A stretch of 64,000 bases of DNA from Acidaminococcaceae bacterium (GTDB lineage Bacteria; Bacteroidota; Bacteroidia; Bacteroidales; Paludibacteraceae): contig CAVEZM010000005.1 of the NCBI GenBank assembly GCA_963620225.1, forward strand, positions 20,893 through 84,892, written 5' to 3'. The position numbers and the translations under genes are program-made. Positions 1-9,798 of the stretch are shown here, in pieces. Position 1 is the stretch's first letter. Each line of letters starts with the position of its first letter. Below the pieces are notes generated by a model. The model had not been told where the DNA came from, did not search any database, and saw only the letters and a list, made by a program, of their open reading frames with translations.

Positions 1-84
1 GATACGCATACCGGAAACAGTAGTATAGTTGTTATACCAGGACTGAATAATATTGAAACGGGTAATCAGGTAATGACAAAACAT
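1..84 (-). CDS. N-terminal fragment of a CDS running off the left edge (possible glycosyltransferase)
   Basis: There is an ATG at 84 on the minus strand, open for 28 codons to the window edge (MFCHYLITRFNIIQSWYNNYTTVSGMRI). It lies 42 nt downstream of, and co-directional with, the GT2 gene. The LITRFN start resembles rhamnosyltransferase-like GTs, but 28 aa is too little to be sure. Confidence 0.25.
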   Translation of the reverse strand, partial: MFCHYLITRFNIIQSWYNNYTTVSGMRI

Positions 85-126
85 ATTCTTCTATGTATGA
101 TGTATAGGGGTATGATGCATATGGGT

Positions 127-1080
127 CTAATGTTTACAGTAAGACAGGCTGAGTTTCCGCACAGCAAACGCTATGCCCCGCACCCCATACACCTGCCATG
201 TTATCCGCAGAAAAGCCCATAACTCACGCCTATCCATCTCATGACTCTGCACGTGACGACGCATCACATCCAGATAGACACGATACAACTCACCGTAGTA
301 CTCCCGCAGTTCTTCATCTTGCGGGTTACGCTCTAACAGTTCAGTGTATATCAATACCGACGTGCGCTGTTTCTGCACACTCGACAACGACGAGAATATC
401 CCACCCGCCTGCCTTCTATATACCGCCGCATTAAACGGCAGACAATAGCCTGGTGCCGTACAAAGCAGGTGATACACACGATGCACATCACGACTGTAAC
501 GGTACTGATTCAGCAGTTCGTTACATAGTGCCTCACGCCGATACATTAGCGTATTCGTCTTCGCTATCCAGCAACGGAAGTTATCAGCATTCGTGAAAGC
601 AAAGCCATCAGGGTTGGCACCGTTAGCATAATAGTCCGACTCGTAATCCTCCTCCCAGATCTTAGTATCCTCGTTATAGATACTGTAGCGATGGCAACAA
701 AGACTGTACGATGGGTGCGCCTCCATAAACGCCACCTGCCGCTGCAGTTTATGCGGATCTGTCCAGTAGTCGTCGCCCTCGCACATCGCCACATACTTCG
801 CCCCCGTAGCATTGATAGCAGCGTCCATCACCCTGCCAAGCGCACGGCCTGGCTTGCTGTACTGATTCTCGGTTTCGTAGATAGGAAAGATAATATCGGG
901 ATACTTCTCTGCATATTCCCGAATGATGTCGGCAGACCGGTCGGTGGAGGCATCATCGTGCACAATAGCCACAAAAGGGAAACTCGTCTGCTGCATAACG
1001 AACCCCTCAAGGCATTCCCTAAGATACGGCTCATGGTTATATACCAAGCAGTCAATGGCAAGAAAAGGTGTATCAAGCAT
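127..1080 (-). CDS. family 2 glycosyltransferase
   Basis: The N-terminus is of the GT-A type (AIDCLVYNHEPYLRECLEGF, VHDDASTDRS, a DDY-type motif in CEGDDYW). A TACTTTTG box lies 22 nt upstream. Confidence 0.85.
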   Translation of the reverse strand: MLDTPFLAIDCLVYNHEPYLRECLEGFVMQQTSFPFVAIVHDDASTDRSADIIREYAEKYPDIIFPIYETENQYSKPGRALGRVMDAAINATGAKYVAMCEGDDYWTDPHKLQRQVAFMEAHPSYSLCCHRYSIYNEDTKIWEEDYESDYYANGANPDGFAFTNADNFRCWIAKTNTLMYRREALCNELLNQYRYSRDVHRVYHLLCTAPGYCLPFNAAVYRRQAGGIFSSLSSVQKQRTSVLIYTELLERNPQDEELREYYGELYRVYLDVMRRHVQSHEMDRRELWAFLRITWQVYGVRGIAFAVRKLSLSYCKH

Positions 1081-1102
1081 CGTTTGTCACTCTTTACGAC
1101 TG

Positions 1103-1110
1103 CAAAAGTA
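1103..1110 (-). promoter_or_regulatory. Bacteroidota -7 promoter box TACTTTTG
   Basis: It matches TAnnTTTG on the minus strand, 22 nt upstream of the GT2 ATG at 1080. Confidence 0.6.
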
Positions 1111-1288
1111 CTACAATCCACTCACATAGGCAAACACAGTACAACACCCTAATCAAAGACATGACACACTACTCCCGACTAACGGAAGTAATTTCTGCGT
1201 AGTCCGCCAAATATAGGTACTCACATGCCGCTCATTATACTGATTACAAAAGACAGAAACGAATGGAGTGGACATAGGTACTCGTGGA

Positions 1289-1840
1289 TTAATTGCAAGA
1301 GGTAGAGAATAAATTCAATACACCTTTATTTCTCGGCTTGATAGCACGGCAGGGAATACCGGCATAGATAGTCCAAGCCACGGTAGAGACTTTGCATAGC
1401 GACATTGCCCCAAGCACACTGCCTTCTGCCATTGTCACAGAGGGGAACACCACACTGCCTGCCCCCACCTGTGCATAACGGCACAGACGCACCTCACCAC
1501 CTGTAACATGCGTCAGTGCTGGGTCGTGGACGGGACCGATGAGATAGTCCCCTCCGAAATCGTCGATAGCACTATAGAGCGTAGTACGAGCCGAAAGACC
1601 CGTATAGTCCTCCAACACAATGCCCTTTGCCCCATACAATGCACAATAAGCAGCGATATGGATATGCGAACCAAGCGTGATATGCCCTGACAGAATACAG
1701 AAATCGTCAATGCGCACATTGTCCCCAATACGGATATGCTCAGGCGAGTAGAGTCGTGCATAGCGGCTGATAAGGACATCCTTACCATACCCGGCCAATC
1801 CAAGGGCAGCAAGTTCTTGCTCTGTATAGAAAGAGGACAT
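1289..1840 (-). CDS. left-handed beta-helix (hexapeptide repeat) sugar acyltransferase
   Basis: It shows hexapeptide periodicity (IGDNVRIDDFCILSGHITLGSHIHIAAYCALYG) and lies directly downstream of a DegT aminotransferase. Confidence 0.8.
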   Translation of the reverse strand: MSSFYTEQELAALGLAGYGKDVLISRYARLYSPEHIRIGDNVRIDDFCILSGHITLGSHIHIAAYCALYGAKGIVLEDYTGLSARTTLYSAIDDFGGDYLIGPVHDPALTHVTGGEVRLCRYAQVGAGSVVFPSVTMAEGSVLGAMSLCKVSTVAWTIYAGIPCRAIKPRNKGVLNLFSTSCN

Positions 1841-1862
1841 AATAGTTGAGTATTAGAGTTGG

Positions 1863-2993
1863 TTATTTCTTAATGCAGTCGATGACACGACAGATATCGT
1901 TGTCAGAAAGAGCGTGGTGCATAGGAAGGCAGATGATAGAGGCAGCCATATAGTGAGCATTAGGCAGATTCTCAGGTGCTGCAGAGGGTAGCCCGCGATA
2001 CGTAGAGAACTCGCTGATGAGCGGGTAGAAATAGCGGCGACCAAACACATTAACACGCTGCATCTTGGCATACAACTCATCTCGCGTCATACCATACTGC
2101 TCGGCGTCCACTAAAAGGGGGAAATAGGAACAGTTCCATTCGTAGTCTTGTGTGGATTGCAACAGTTGCGTCTCGCAGTCGAAGAGAGTGATACCACGGA
2201 CATCCTGCAAAGCCCGTACATACTTGCGTGCTACCTCTTTGCGGGCAGCGATGGCAGCATCCATATAACGTAGGTTGAGCAGTCCGTAGGCAGCACGTAT
2301 CTCATCCATCTTGGAGTTGATACCCGGTGCCACTACCGTCACCTCATCGTGGAAACCGAAGTTCTTCAAGTCATCGATACGGCGTTTGGTCTCAGCATTG
2401 GGCATTATCATAGCACCGCCTTCGATGGTGTTATAGACCTTGGTGGCGTGGAAAGAGAGAGTACTCATATCGCCTGCTGTCAAGATACTCTTGCCATGTA
2501 CACGCACACCAAAAGCATGGGCAGCATCGTAGATAACCTTGAGCCCATAGGTATCGGCTATCTGCTGAATGCACTCGGTGTCGCAAGGCTGCCCATAGAC
2601 ATGCACAGGCACAATAGCCGTAGTGCGGGGTGTGATGGCCGCCTCTATCTTGCCGGGATCGAGATTACCGGTCCTGGGGTCAATATCCACGAACACCGGT
2701 TTGATGCCATTCCACCATAGAGCATGTGTCGTAGCAACAAAAGAATAAGGTGTCGTGATAACCTCACCTGTGATACGCAGAGCCTGGAGAGCAGTGATGA
2801 GCGGCAGAGTGCCATTGGTAAAGAGAGAGAGGTTGTCCACACCGAGGTATTGGGTAAGAGTTGCCTCTAACTGCTGGTGGAAAGAACCATTGTTGGTTAT
2901 CCATTTGTTATCCCATATCTGCTGCAGATAGGACACGAACTCATCCAACGGCGGGAGTAATGGCAGAGTAACGGTTATTTGATTATTATCCAT
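1863..2993 (-). CDS. DegT/DnrJ/EryC1/StrS family sugar aminotransferase
   Basis: The length and motifs are typical of the family (TNGTLPL, YDAAHAFG, MSTLSFHATKV with the PLP lysine). Confidence 0.9.
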   Translation of the reverse strand: MDNNQITVTLPLLPPLDEFVSYLQQIWDNKWITNNGSFHQQLEATLTQYLGVDNLSLFTNGTLPLITALQALRITGEVITTPYSFVATTHALWWNGIKPVFVDIDPRTGNLDPGKIEAAITPRTTAIVPVHVYGQPCDTECIQQIADTYGLKVIYDAAHAFGVRVHGKSILTAGDMSTLSFHATKVYNTIEGGAMIMPNAETKRRIDDLKNFGFHDEVTVVAPGINSKMDEIRAAYGLLNLRYMDAAIAARKEVARKYVRALQDVRGITLFDCETQLLQSTQDYEWNCSYFPLLVDAEQYGMTRDELYAKMQRVNVFGRRYFYPLISEFSTYRGLPSAAPENLPNAHYMAASIICLPMHHALSDNDICRVIDCIKK

Positions 2994-3001
2994 CGCAGTG
3001 T

Positions 3002-4288
3002 CTAATGCAATTTGGTTTCTGTATAGTCAAACTTAGGAGTAACATCTCCCGGCTCCTTACCCATCCAACCACCAACCTCTACAGGACGAGCATTCAAGGT
3101 AAAAGAGATTATATCTTGTTCACTCACCAATCCAACTATGTTATTCCGTTGTTCAAAAGACATAAAGTCTATAGAGAACATACCCCAGTTAAAGAACTCA
3201 GCAGGGATATGGCATATCTGCTCATATTCGCCTGGCTCATGGTGACACTCATAGCACCGGCCGGCACCCGTCGTAGAGAACATACGCTCACCTTGCTCAT
3301 TCTTGACATGTAGGGTGATCCAGAACTTATCCATCTCACGCATAAGGCGATAGCGCATCACAATCTCTAACGCATCGGTAACATGCATGACATCAGCATA
3401 ATCACCACCCATCGGACGCACACCTATCTCTAATAGTTCAAAACCGTTACGGCTGTATTGAGGTTCACCCCATACCTTATGATTATCAATAGCACTGTCA
3501 CCACGAAGATAATGAGTGACAATAGGGTCAATGTCACCTTCGTCAATGAGTTGTCCGTTCTGTAGGATGACACCATGTCTGCAGAGACTTTTGATACTCG
3601 TCATATTATGACTAACGAACAGCACAGTACGACCCTCGCCGCGCGAGATGTCATTCATCTTGCCAATGGCTTTCCTCTGAAACTCAGCATCACCAACCGC
3701 CAACACCTCATCCACCACCAATATCTCTGGGTCAAGATGTGCAGCCACGGCAAAGCCTAAACGAACCATCATACCACTACTATAACGTTTCACAGGCGTA
3801 TCCAAGTATCGCTCGCAACCTGAGAAATCAACTATCTCATCTAACTTACAGGTGATCTCTTGTTTAGTCATGCCCAATATGGCACCATTCATATAGATAT
3901 TCTCACGACCCGTCATCTCCTGATGAAAACCCGTACCTACCTCTAATAGCGAAGCGATACGACCATTGGCATAGATAATACCCGTAGTAGGAGCAGTAAC
4001 CTTACTGAGCAGTTTCAACAGCGTACTCTTACCCGCACCATTCTTGCCAATGATGCCAACCACATCTCCCTGCTCGACCTTGAAGTTTATGTCACGCAAC
4101 GCCCATACATATTCGGAGTGTCCCTTGGAGGCACAGTCATTAACCTCACCAACCTTCAGATAGGGGTCCTCACGACGCAAGATAGCAGTCTGGAACCAAC
4201 GGTCAAGATCGTGGCTCAACGTGTGTGTGGAAACAAGCCCCAAACGATACTGCTTACTGATATGGTGGAATTCAATAGCAGTGGACAT
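3002..4288 (-). CDS. wzt: Wzt/TagH-type polysaccharide-export ABC ATPase with a C-terminal substrate-binding-like extension
   Basis: It has Walker A GKNGAGKSTLLK, signature YSSGMMVRL and Walker B ILVVDE. A non-ABC C-terminal domain of about 180 aa follows. Confidence 0.85.
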   Translation of the reverse strand: MSTAIEFHHISKQYRLGLVSTHTLSHDLDRWFQTAILRREDPYLKVGEVNDCASKGHSEYVWALRDINFKVEQGDVVGIIGKNGAGKSTLLKLLSKVTAPTTGIIYANGRIASLLEVGTGFHQEMTGRENIYMNGAILGMTKQEITCKLDEIVDFSGCERYLDTPVKRYSSGMMVRLGFAVAAHLDPEILVVDEVLAVGDAEFQRKAIGKMNDISRGEGRTVLFVSHNMTSIKSLCRHGVILQNGQLIDEGDIDPIVTHYLRGDSAIDNHKVWGEPQYSRNGFELLEIGVRPMGGDYADVMHVTDALEIVMRYRLMREMDKFWITLHVKNEQGERMFSTTGAGRCYECHHEPGEYEQICHIPAEFFNWGMFSIDFMSFEQRNNIVGLVSEQDIISFTLNARPVEVGGWMGKEPGDVTPKFDYTETKLH

Positions 4289-4315
4289 ACAATAATACTC
4301 TTTCTATTTATCCCG

Positions 4316-4323
4316 CAAAGATA
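4316..4323 (-). promoter_or_regulatory. -7 promoter box TATCTTTG
   Basis: It matches TAnnTTTG on the minus strand, 27 nt upstream of the wzt ATG. Confidence 0.6.
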
Positions 4324-4366
4324 CGGGAAAAATGATAGATATACAATAGGAATAGTCTTTTATACG

Positions 4367-5317
4367 TTACTCTTCGTACACCAAACATACATTATCTACC
4401 CACAACATATTTCCTTCGTGGGCACGGAAAGCACCGGCACAGCCAGCCGACATCATCAGGATGATATGTGTCGGCTCATCTAAACTGTACCCCACCTCGT
4501 TAATTTCCATCATCTTACCCTTAGAGTTGAGTGCCATCATCTTGGTGTAGTTCAACCCCTCGTACTCCTTAAAGTCCGGATCATTGGTGATATTCCCCCA
4601 ACGGATAGGTATCTCGTGACCGTTGACCCATTCAGGAATAGAGGAGCAGACATGCTCGCAACCCGTAGCCACACGGCGGGCGTATATCTCTCCCGTCTCA
4701 GGGTCTTCCCAACGATATTGCAAGAAAGCAAATATCTCGGCGCAGTCGTGTACACCATCAACACGCACAGGCTTATCACGGCGGGTAGAAGTGATATAGG
4801 TAGAGTCAGAAATGAGTGCTTTATAATCTAATCGCAGTGCTACCGGATGTTTGGTAAAAGGCACACCGAAATTGACCACAGTATAGGGTTTCCACTTACC
4901 AATGATACCAACAGGCTCTATCTTTGTCCCCGTATAGATAGTCCCTGCCACAATAGCGTATATGTCACCAATCTTCACATGTGTCATGTTGCACCTCAAT
5001 CGGCAACAATAGCCATTACCTCTCTTCTCCGGACAAACAGAACCATCAGCACCTGCCTCTACAATGACTTTCGCATAAGCCTCACTACATGCCCACGGGT
5101 TACCGGGGACAGGCTCATAAGCGATATTCCCATAGATGGTATCATTCGGACCTAAAGTGTGGAGTATCTTGGTTTGACCACCTAATAGTCCGGACTCTTT
5201 GATATAACGTACTGTCCAAGTGTCCATGTCTCCGTAAGGCAGAAGTTCCACTCTGCGTTCTGCAGAGACAAATAAGGCGCACAACACGAACGCCACAAAG
5301 AATATAACTTTCTTCAT
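4367..5317 (-). CDS. secreted PCMD-like (putative carbohydrate metabolism domain) protein
   Basis: A signal peptide (MKKVIFFVAFVLCALFVSA) is followed by LLPYGDMDTW, a start typical of PCMD-domain proteins of Bacteroidales. The family is named from memory only. Confidence 0.5.
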   Translation of the reverse strand: MKKVIFFVAFVLCALFVSAERRVELLPYGDMDTWTVRYIKESGLLGGQTKILHTLGPNDTIYGNIAYEPVPGNPWACSEAYAKVIVEAGADGSVCPEKRGNGYCCRLRCNMTHVKIGDIYAIVAGTIYTGTKIEPVGIIGKWKPYTVVNFGVPFTKHPVALRLDYKALISDSTYITSTRRDKPVRVDGVHDCAEIFAFLQYRWEDPETGEIYARRVATGCEHVCSSIPEWVNGHEIPIRWGNITNDPDFKEYEGLNYTKMMALNSKGKMMEINEVGYSLDEPTHIILMMSAGCAGAFRAHEGNMLWVDNVCLVYEE

Positions 5318-5320
5318 ATA

Positions 5321-6490
5321 CTATTGATTATCTTTATTCTCGTTATTGTCCTTTGGAGGAAATGCCCACCGCATGAAACGCGTCACAAAGATACGCCAAT
5401 TGGCGAAAGTGTGTCCCCCTTTCAATTCCAAGTACTCGTACTCCACACCCAATGCCTTCAGTCGTCGCGCAAAAACTCGAGCGTCAGACCGGAACATCCA
5501 GTCGTTCTTGCCATCGCCCACCCAATATCGTTTATGCAGCAGGCTATCACTATCTTGGTCGGGAAGTTGGCGCTTCGTCACGACAGGCGAGAACATCCCT
5601 ACATAAGCGTAGGTGCTGTCGTCCCTGTTGGCGATATTAGCCGCTTGCCGTGCTCCGCATGACAGACCCGCTATGGCATTGGCTGTATGCTGCACAGCGT
5701 AATGCGCATAGACATACTGCTCTATCTCGTAGAACTGCATCTCGAACTTACCCCGCAACACCTCTCCGTAGTTGAACACATTGGTCGACTCCACATGCTC
5801 TTCATTCTTGGGAGCGGACAACAGACAACGGGGCATGACTACCACTACCGGTCGTATCGCACCTTGCTGTATCAGATTGTCCAATATATTCTTCACACGT
5901 CCTTGCTCCACCCAGTTACGCTCATCACCATTGATACCATGCAGCAAGAATAGCAAAGGATAGGAAGCAGTGTCTTGATACTGATACGGCAGATAGACCA
6001 TCATCCGATAGGTATGTCCGCCCTCCCCCGCAAAGCGTATCACCTCCACTCGCCCCTGTTCACGTGCAGGTTTGTATAACCCGACCTGCTCCGTACCGTC
6101 AATGAGCAGCACGCTCCGCCGTTTGTTACGCACCCATATCGAGTCAGGGTTCATTGGGTCAGTACGACGCTTGCCGTCAACAATAAGTTGATAGGTATAT
6201 AACTCCGGCGTCAGTGCTCGTTGAGTAGTACATTGCCATACACCCTCCCGCACCTCACGCATACGCTTACTCACCTGCATCCCTGCAAAACTGAGATCCT
6301 CCTTCGGTAACATACAACTGCCTCGTAACGACACTTTCAATGCCGTCGAATCAACATACATGAACGTCACCGTACTATCAGCATTGAGCGTATAGGACAC
6401 ATACCCACCGTATTCTTGCGCCCATGTCTGGATAACGGGTATTGCCAAGACAAGAAACAAGAGGTGTGTCAGTCTGATCTTATTGCACAT
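5321..6490 (-). CDS. secreted alpha/beta-hydrolase esterase (putative esterase family) with an N-terminal Ig/E-set-like domain
   Basis: It has a signal peptide, LLFLLHGINGDERNW, a nucleophile elbow GLSCG and a C-terminal GGHTF. It overlaps the upstream gene by 11 nt. Confidence 0.8.
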   Translation of the reverse strand: MCNKIRLTHLLFLVLAIPVIQTWAQEYGGYVSYTLNADSTVTFMYVDSTALKVSLRGSCMLPKEDLSFAGMQVSKRMREVREGVWQCTTQRALTPELYTYQLIVDGKRRTDPMNPDSIWVRNKRRSVLLIDGTEQVGLYKPAREQGRVEVIRFAGEGGHTYRMMVYLPYQYQDTASYPLLFLLHGINGDERNWVEQGRVKNILDNLIQQGAIRPVVVVMPRCLLSAPKNEEHVESTNVFNYGEVLRGKFEMQFYEIEQYVYAHYAVQHTANAIAGLSCGARQAANIANRDDSTYAYVGMFSPVVTKRQLPDQDSDSLLHKRYWVGDGKNDWMFRSDARVFARRLKALGVEYEYLELKGGHTFANWRIFVTRFMRWAFPPKDNNENKDNQ

Positions 6491-7631
6491 GATATTGCTC
6501 TATCGCACTCACTACCAATGTCACAATATCATCCGCAGCATGTGGATTTGTATTATTGCGCTGCGCTTGCAACATATTCTCACGCATCGTATTATCTTCA
6601 CATAAGCGAACAGCCAAGTCCGCCTGCTCCTCTACCGTAGTCGCCGTGCATGACATACCATGTGCGACAAAGAAGTCTATATTATGATTCTCCAACCCAG
6701 GTATAGGATCTGTATGTACAATGGGAATATTCTTGATGCAAGCCTCCGTACTGGATATACCTCCAGGCTTCGTCAACAACACATCGATGGCATCCATCAG
6801 CAGAGAAATCTCCTTGGTATAGGCAATGGAAACAACACGTCGCTCCTGGGCAAAACGCTTCGATATAGTACGATAGGCATTCTTATTACGACCACAGACA
6901 CAGATGACCCTGTCATCAACATGGCTATGATCCAACATCTCCTTAACTAATTTCTCCATATCACCATGACCCATTGACCCACCCATAATTAGAAACCACC
7001 GGCTATCTTCTGTTGTCATGGGTAACTTAAACTCACGATTGACCTTCACACGAGACTCTGACTTGGACACACGATCAGCGAACTTGGATTCTATGACAGG
7101 TATCCCTAATGGATATAGTTTGGAGACTTCTATATGTTTGTTGATATACTCATCTATCAGGTCACGATGAGGAATAACATAACCATCTAACTCAGTTTCT
7201 GATATAAAAGGGATACACGTATAGTCCGTCGCTATGTAATAAGATGGAATGTATAGCATCTTGTGCCGCCGCAGATATGTCAACGTCTCGGACGGATACA
7301 AATGCGGACACACTACAGCATCATACCCTCCTCGGACAATAAAATCCATAAGCCGCTTGGCGTACATCGCATTGAACATATAGACAGGTGACTTCTCTTT
7401 GTCAAGTAAGTCATCTATACGATCACCCGTGTTATACATCCAACGAAACAAATTGCTCTTGGCAGCAAACAGATAAAACTTTGTCGCAAAGTTGGAAAAC
7501 TTATGCCCTGCTATAGCCAAAGTATCAATAATATCACTCTCTATGCCGCGTGTCGAAAAGGCGGCCTGTATGGCTTTAGAACATGAATTATGTCCCTCTC
7601 CTGTATTGCTCGAACAAATTAGTATCTTCAT
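6480..7631 (-). CDS. MGDG-synthase-like / GT28-type glycolipid glycosyltransferase
   Basis: The N-terminus MKILICSSNTGEGHNS is typical of the monogalactosyldiacylglycerol synthase domain, and the C-terminal half has a GT-B fold (LTKPGGISSTEA). Confidence 0.8.
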   Translation of the reverse strand: MKILICSSNTGEGHNSCSKAIQAAFSTRGIESDIIDTLAIAGHKFSNFATKFYLFAAKSNLFRWMYNTGDRIDDLLDKEKSPVYMFNAMYAKRLMDFIVRGGYDAVVCPHLYPSETLTYLRRHKMLYIPSYYIATDYTCIPFISETELDGYVIPHRDLIDEYINKHIEVSKLYPLGIPVIESKFADRVSKSESRVKVNREFKLPMTTEDSRWFLIMGGSMGHGDMEKLVKEMLDHSHVDDRVICVCGRNKNAYRTISKRFAQERRVVSIAYTKEISLLMDAIDVLLTKPGGISSTEACIKNIPIVHTDPIPGLENHNIDFFVAHGMSCTATTVEEQADLAVRLCEDNTMRENMLQAQRNNTNPHAADDIVTLVVSAIEQYHVQ

Positions 7632-7666
7632 GTGTGTCTATCTGGCAAACCACGCAGAGTACGCTG

Positions 7667-7674
7667 CAAAGGTA
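7667..7674 (-). promoter_or_regulatory. -7 promoter box TACCTTTG
   Basis: It matches TAnnTTTG on the minus strand, 35 nt upstream of the ATG at 7631. Confidence 0.6.
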
Positions 7675-7762
7675 CAACATTTTTCATGCCTCCCAAAATA
7701 AGTACGCCTTTTTCATAAAATAGCATACTAAATACGTAAAGAAAGCAACAACCCTTTGTGTC

Positions 7763-8776
7763 TTATTTAACCTTTATGTTATCAAAACCCTTACCAAAGA
7801 CGCCAGTCACATTTGCTTGACTGACAAAGGCATTGGGATCTATACTCTTGATGATATGCAATATCTGCTGACTCTCATACTTGCGTGCCAAAACAGTCAC
7901 TACATGAATAGGCTGCTGACTATACCATCCCTTCCCCTCTATTATCGTCACACCACGTTGCACCGTTTGATTGATAGCCGTCGCTATCTCCGCATACTTG
8001 GAAGAAAAGATAAAAAACTGCACGGATTGACGGAAATGAGAAATCACCCAATCAACCGCAGCCGTATAACTGACAGTCATACACAGACCATATAGAATAC
8101 GTTTTATCTTAAAATCCATCACATCCATACCGGGAGTGTAAAAGTTATCAGGGACAGGAAGAAAATAACTGCTTGCAATGATAACAGCATCACACAAGAC
8201 CATGACCCTGCCCAAAGATACATCCCTGTACTTATTGATTATCATCGCTAAAATATCCGTACCTCCTGACGAACCGTTGTTGAGCATCACAATACCCAAA
8301 CCCATACCAAAGACCACACCGCCAACTAAGCATGCTGATACCGGATCCTCTATCAATGGTGTCGCACGCAGTGGTATCACACGATACCAGAAAGCCAATG
8401 CCAACACACCTACTATAGTACGAACACAAAACTTCCACCCTACCGTCAGAATAGCAATGACCAAGAGTATGACATTTATCGTCAACGAACTCAACCATAT
8501 TGGTATCGCTCCGCCATACTCTCCAAACATAGACGGGAACAGCCCCTGGGTAGCATAAAAAATAATCGAGCATATACCCGTCAGTCCGCCACCTACAACA
8601 TTGTGAGGAATAAATATCCAATTTACCATCAAAGCGAACGGAAATAATGCCAACACTATAAATATGTATTCGCGGGCAGTCCGCCACGGATTACCTCCAG
8701 CATTACCAATGAGATAAGAAGAAACACCACACTCGGATATGGATGCGCGGGACATGATATGGTTGGTATTAGACAT
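7763..8776 (-). CDS. YitT-family membrane protein (DUF2179 C-terminal domain)
   Basis: The N-terminal half is multi-TM (GGGLTG, NNGSSGGTD) and is followed by a soluble C-terminal domain. It is a paralogue of the next gene. Confidence 0.85.
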   Translation of the reverse strand: MSNTNHIMSRASISECGVSSYLIGNAGGNPWRTAREYIFIVLALFPFALMVNWIFIPHNVVGGGLTGICSIIFYATQGLFPSMFGEYGGAIPIWLSSLTINVILLVIAILTVGWKFCVRTIVGVLALAFWYRVIPLRATPLIEDPVSACLVGGVVFGMGLGIVMLNNGSSGGTDILAMIINKYRDVSLGRVMVLCDAVIIASSYFLPVPDNFYTPGMDVMDFKIKRILYGLCMTVSYTAAVDWVISHFRQSVQFFIFSSKYAEIATAINQTVQRGVTIIEGKGWYSQQPIHVVTVLARKYESQQILHIIKSIDPNAFVSQANVTGVFGKGFDNIKVK

Positions 8777-8823
8777 TATACTGGTTGGGGGACTCTCCGT
8801 AACTCACACAAGGCACCCACAGA

Positions 8824-9741
8824 TTAAGCATGCTCCCTTATAGATGCGAAACCCTGTCCAAAGACACCTTTGGTCTGACTCTCACTGATGAAAGCATCTG
8901 GATCAATCTCACGTACTATACGAAATATCTTATTACTCTCACTACGCTTAGCCATAATGGTGATGATCTTGCAGGGCTGACGGGTATAGCCTCCCTCACC
9001 ATCTATCAGCGTCACACCACGATGCAAGTCTTTCAGAACAGCCTGCGTTATCTCCTCGTACTTCTTACTGAAGATGAAAAACTGAATGGATTGTCGTGCA
9101 CGACCCATAGTCCAATCGACAGCATTAGAACACATGAACGTATAACACAAACCAAAGAGCACTTTCTCCACACTATTCACTTCCGGCAAAAAATAGGCAC
9201 TGGATATGATTATCAGGTCACACGCCAAAAGAACACGACCTATAGGGACCTGACGGAACTTATGAACAATCATAGCCACGATATCCGTACCGCCCGTGCT
9301 GCCATTGTTCAAAAATACCAACCCTAAACCACAGCCGTTGAACAACCCCGCCAATATAACAGCCATGAAAGGGTCATTCAATAAAGGCTCAGAAGCAACA
9401 GGGACCAACTTGAGCCACAAGGTCAAGAAAAAGACACCATATACAGAACGAACACAGAACTTCCAACCTACGACCTTGATGGCAATCGATAATAATATAA
9501 CGTTAATCACCAAAGAACTGAGCCAAATAGGTACAACAGTTCCGGTAGCAAAGTAAATAATCTCACATAGACCTGTCAACCCTCCGCCAACAATAGCATG
9601 CGGAACCAATATCTGATTGACAACCAAAGAATAAGGAATAGTGGCAATGGCTATCATAAAGAGTTCCTTGGACTCTATGATAGCATGTCTGTATTTACTA
9701 CGGCGTAAGCGATTTTCAACTGTATTGATAGGATTGGTCAT
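8824..9741 (-). CDS. YitT-family membrane protein (DUF2179), tandem paralogue
   Basis: It shares the motifs of the neighbouring gene (GGGLTG, NNGSTGGTD). I moved the start to the ATG at 9741 (MTNPINT) because the ATG at 9759 lies inside the stem of the gcvP terminator hairpin. Confidence 0.8.
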   Translation of the reverse strand: MTNPINTVENRLRRSKYRHAIIESKELFMIAIATIPYSLVVNQILVPHAIVGGGLTGLCEIIYFATGTVVPIWLSSLVINVILLSIAIKVVGWKFCVRSVYGVFFLTLWLKLVPVASEPLLNDPFMAVILAGLFNGCGLGLVFLNNGSTGGTDIVAMIVHKFRQVPIGRVLLACDLIIISSAYFLPEVNSVEKVLFGLCYTFMCSNAVDWTMGRARQSIQFFIFSKKYEEITQAVLKDLHRGVTLIDGEGGYTRQPCKIITIMAKRSESNKIFRIVREIDPDAFISESQTKGVFGQGFASIREHA

Positions 9742-9755
9742 ACAAATAAAGAACT

Positions 9756-9785
9756 CCATACCCTCTTTCCATAAAGAGAGTATGG
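9756..9785 (-). terminator. intrinsic terminator of gcvP
   Basis: On the minus strand the hairpin reads CCATACTCTCTTT-ATGG-AAAGAGGGTATGG (13-bp stem with one G-U pair, 4-nt loop) and is followed by the T-rich AGTTCTTTATTTGT. It starts 14 nt after the gcvP stop. Confidence 0.75.
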
Positions 9786-9798
9786 AACTATATTAATG

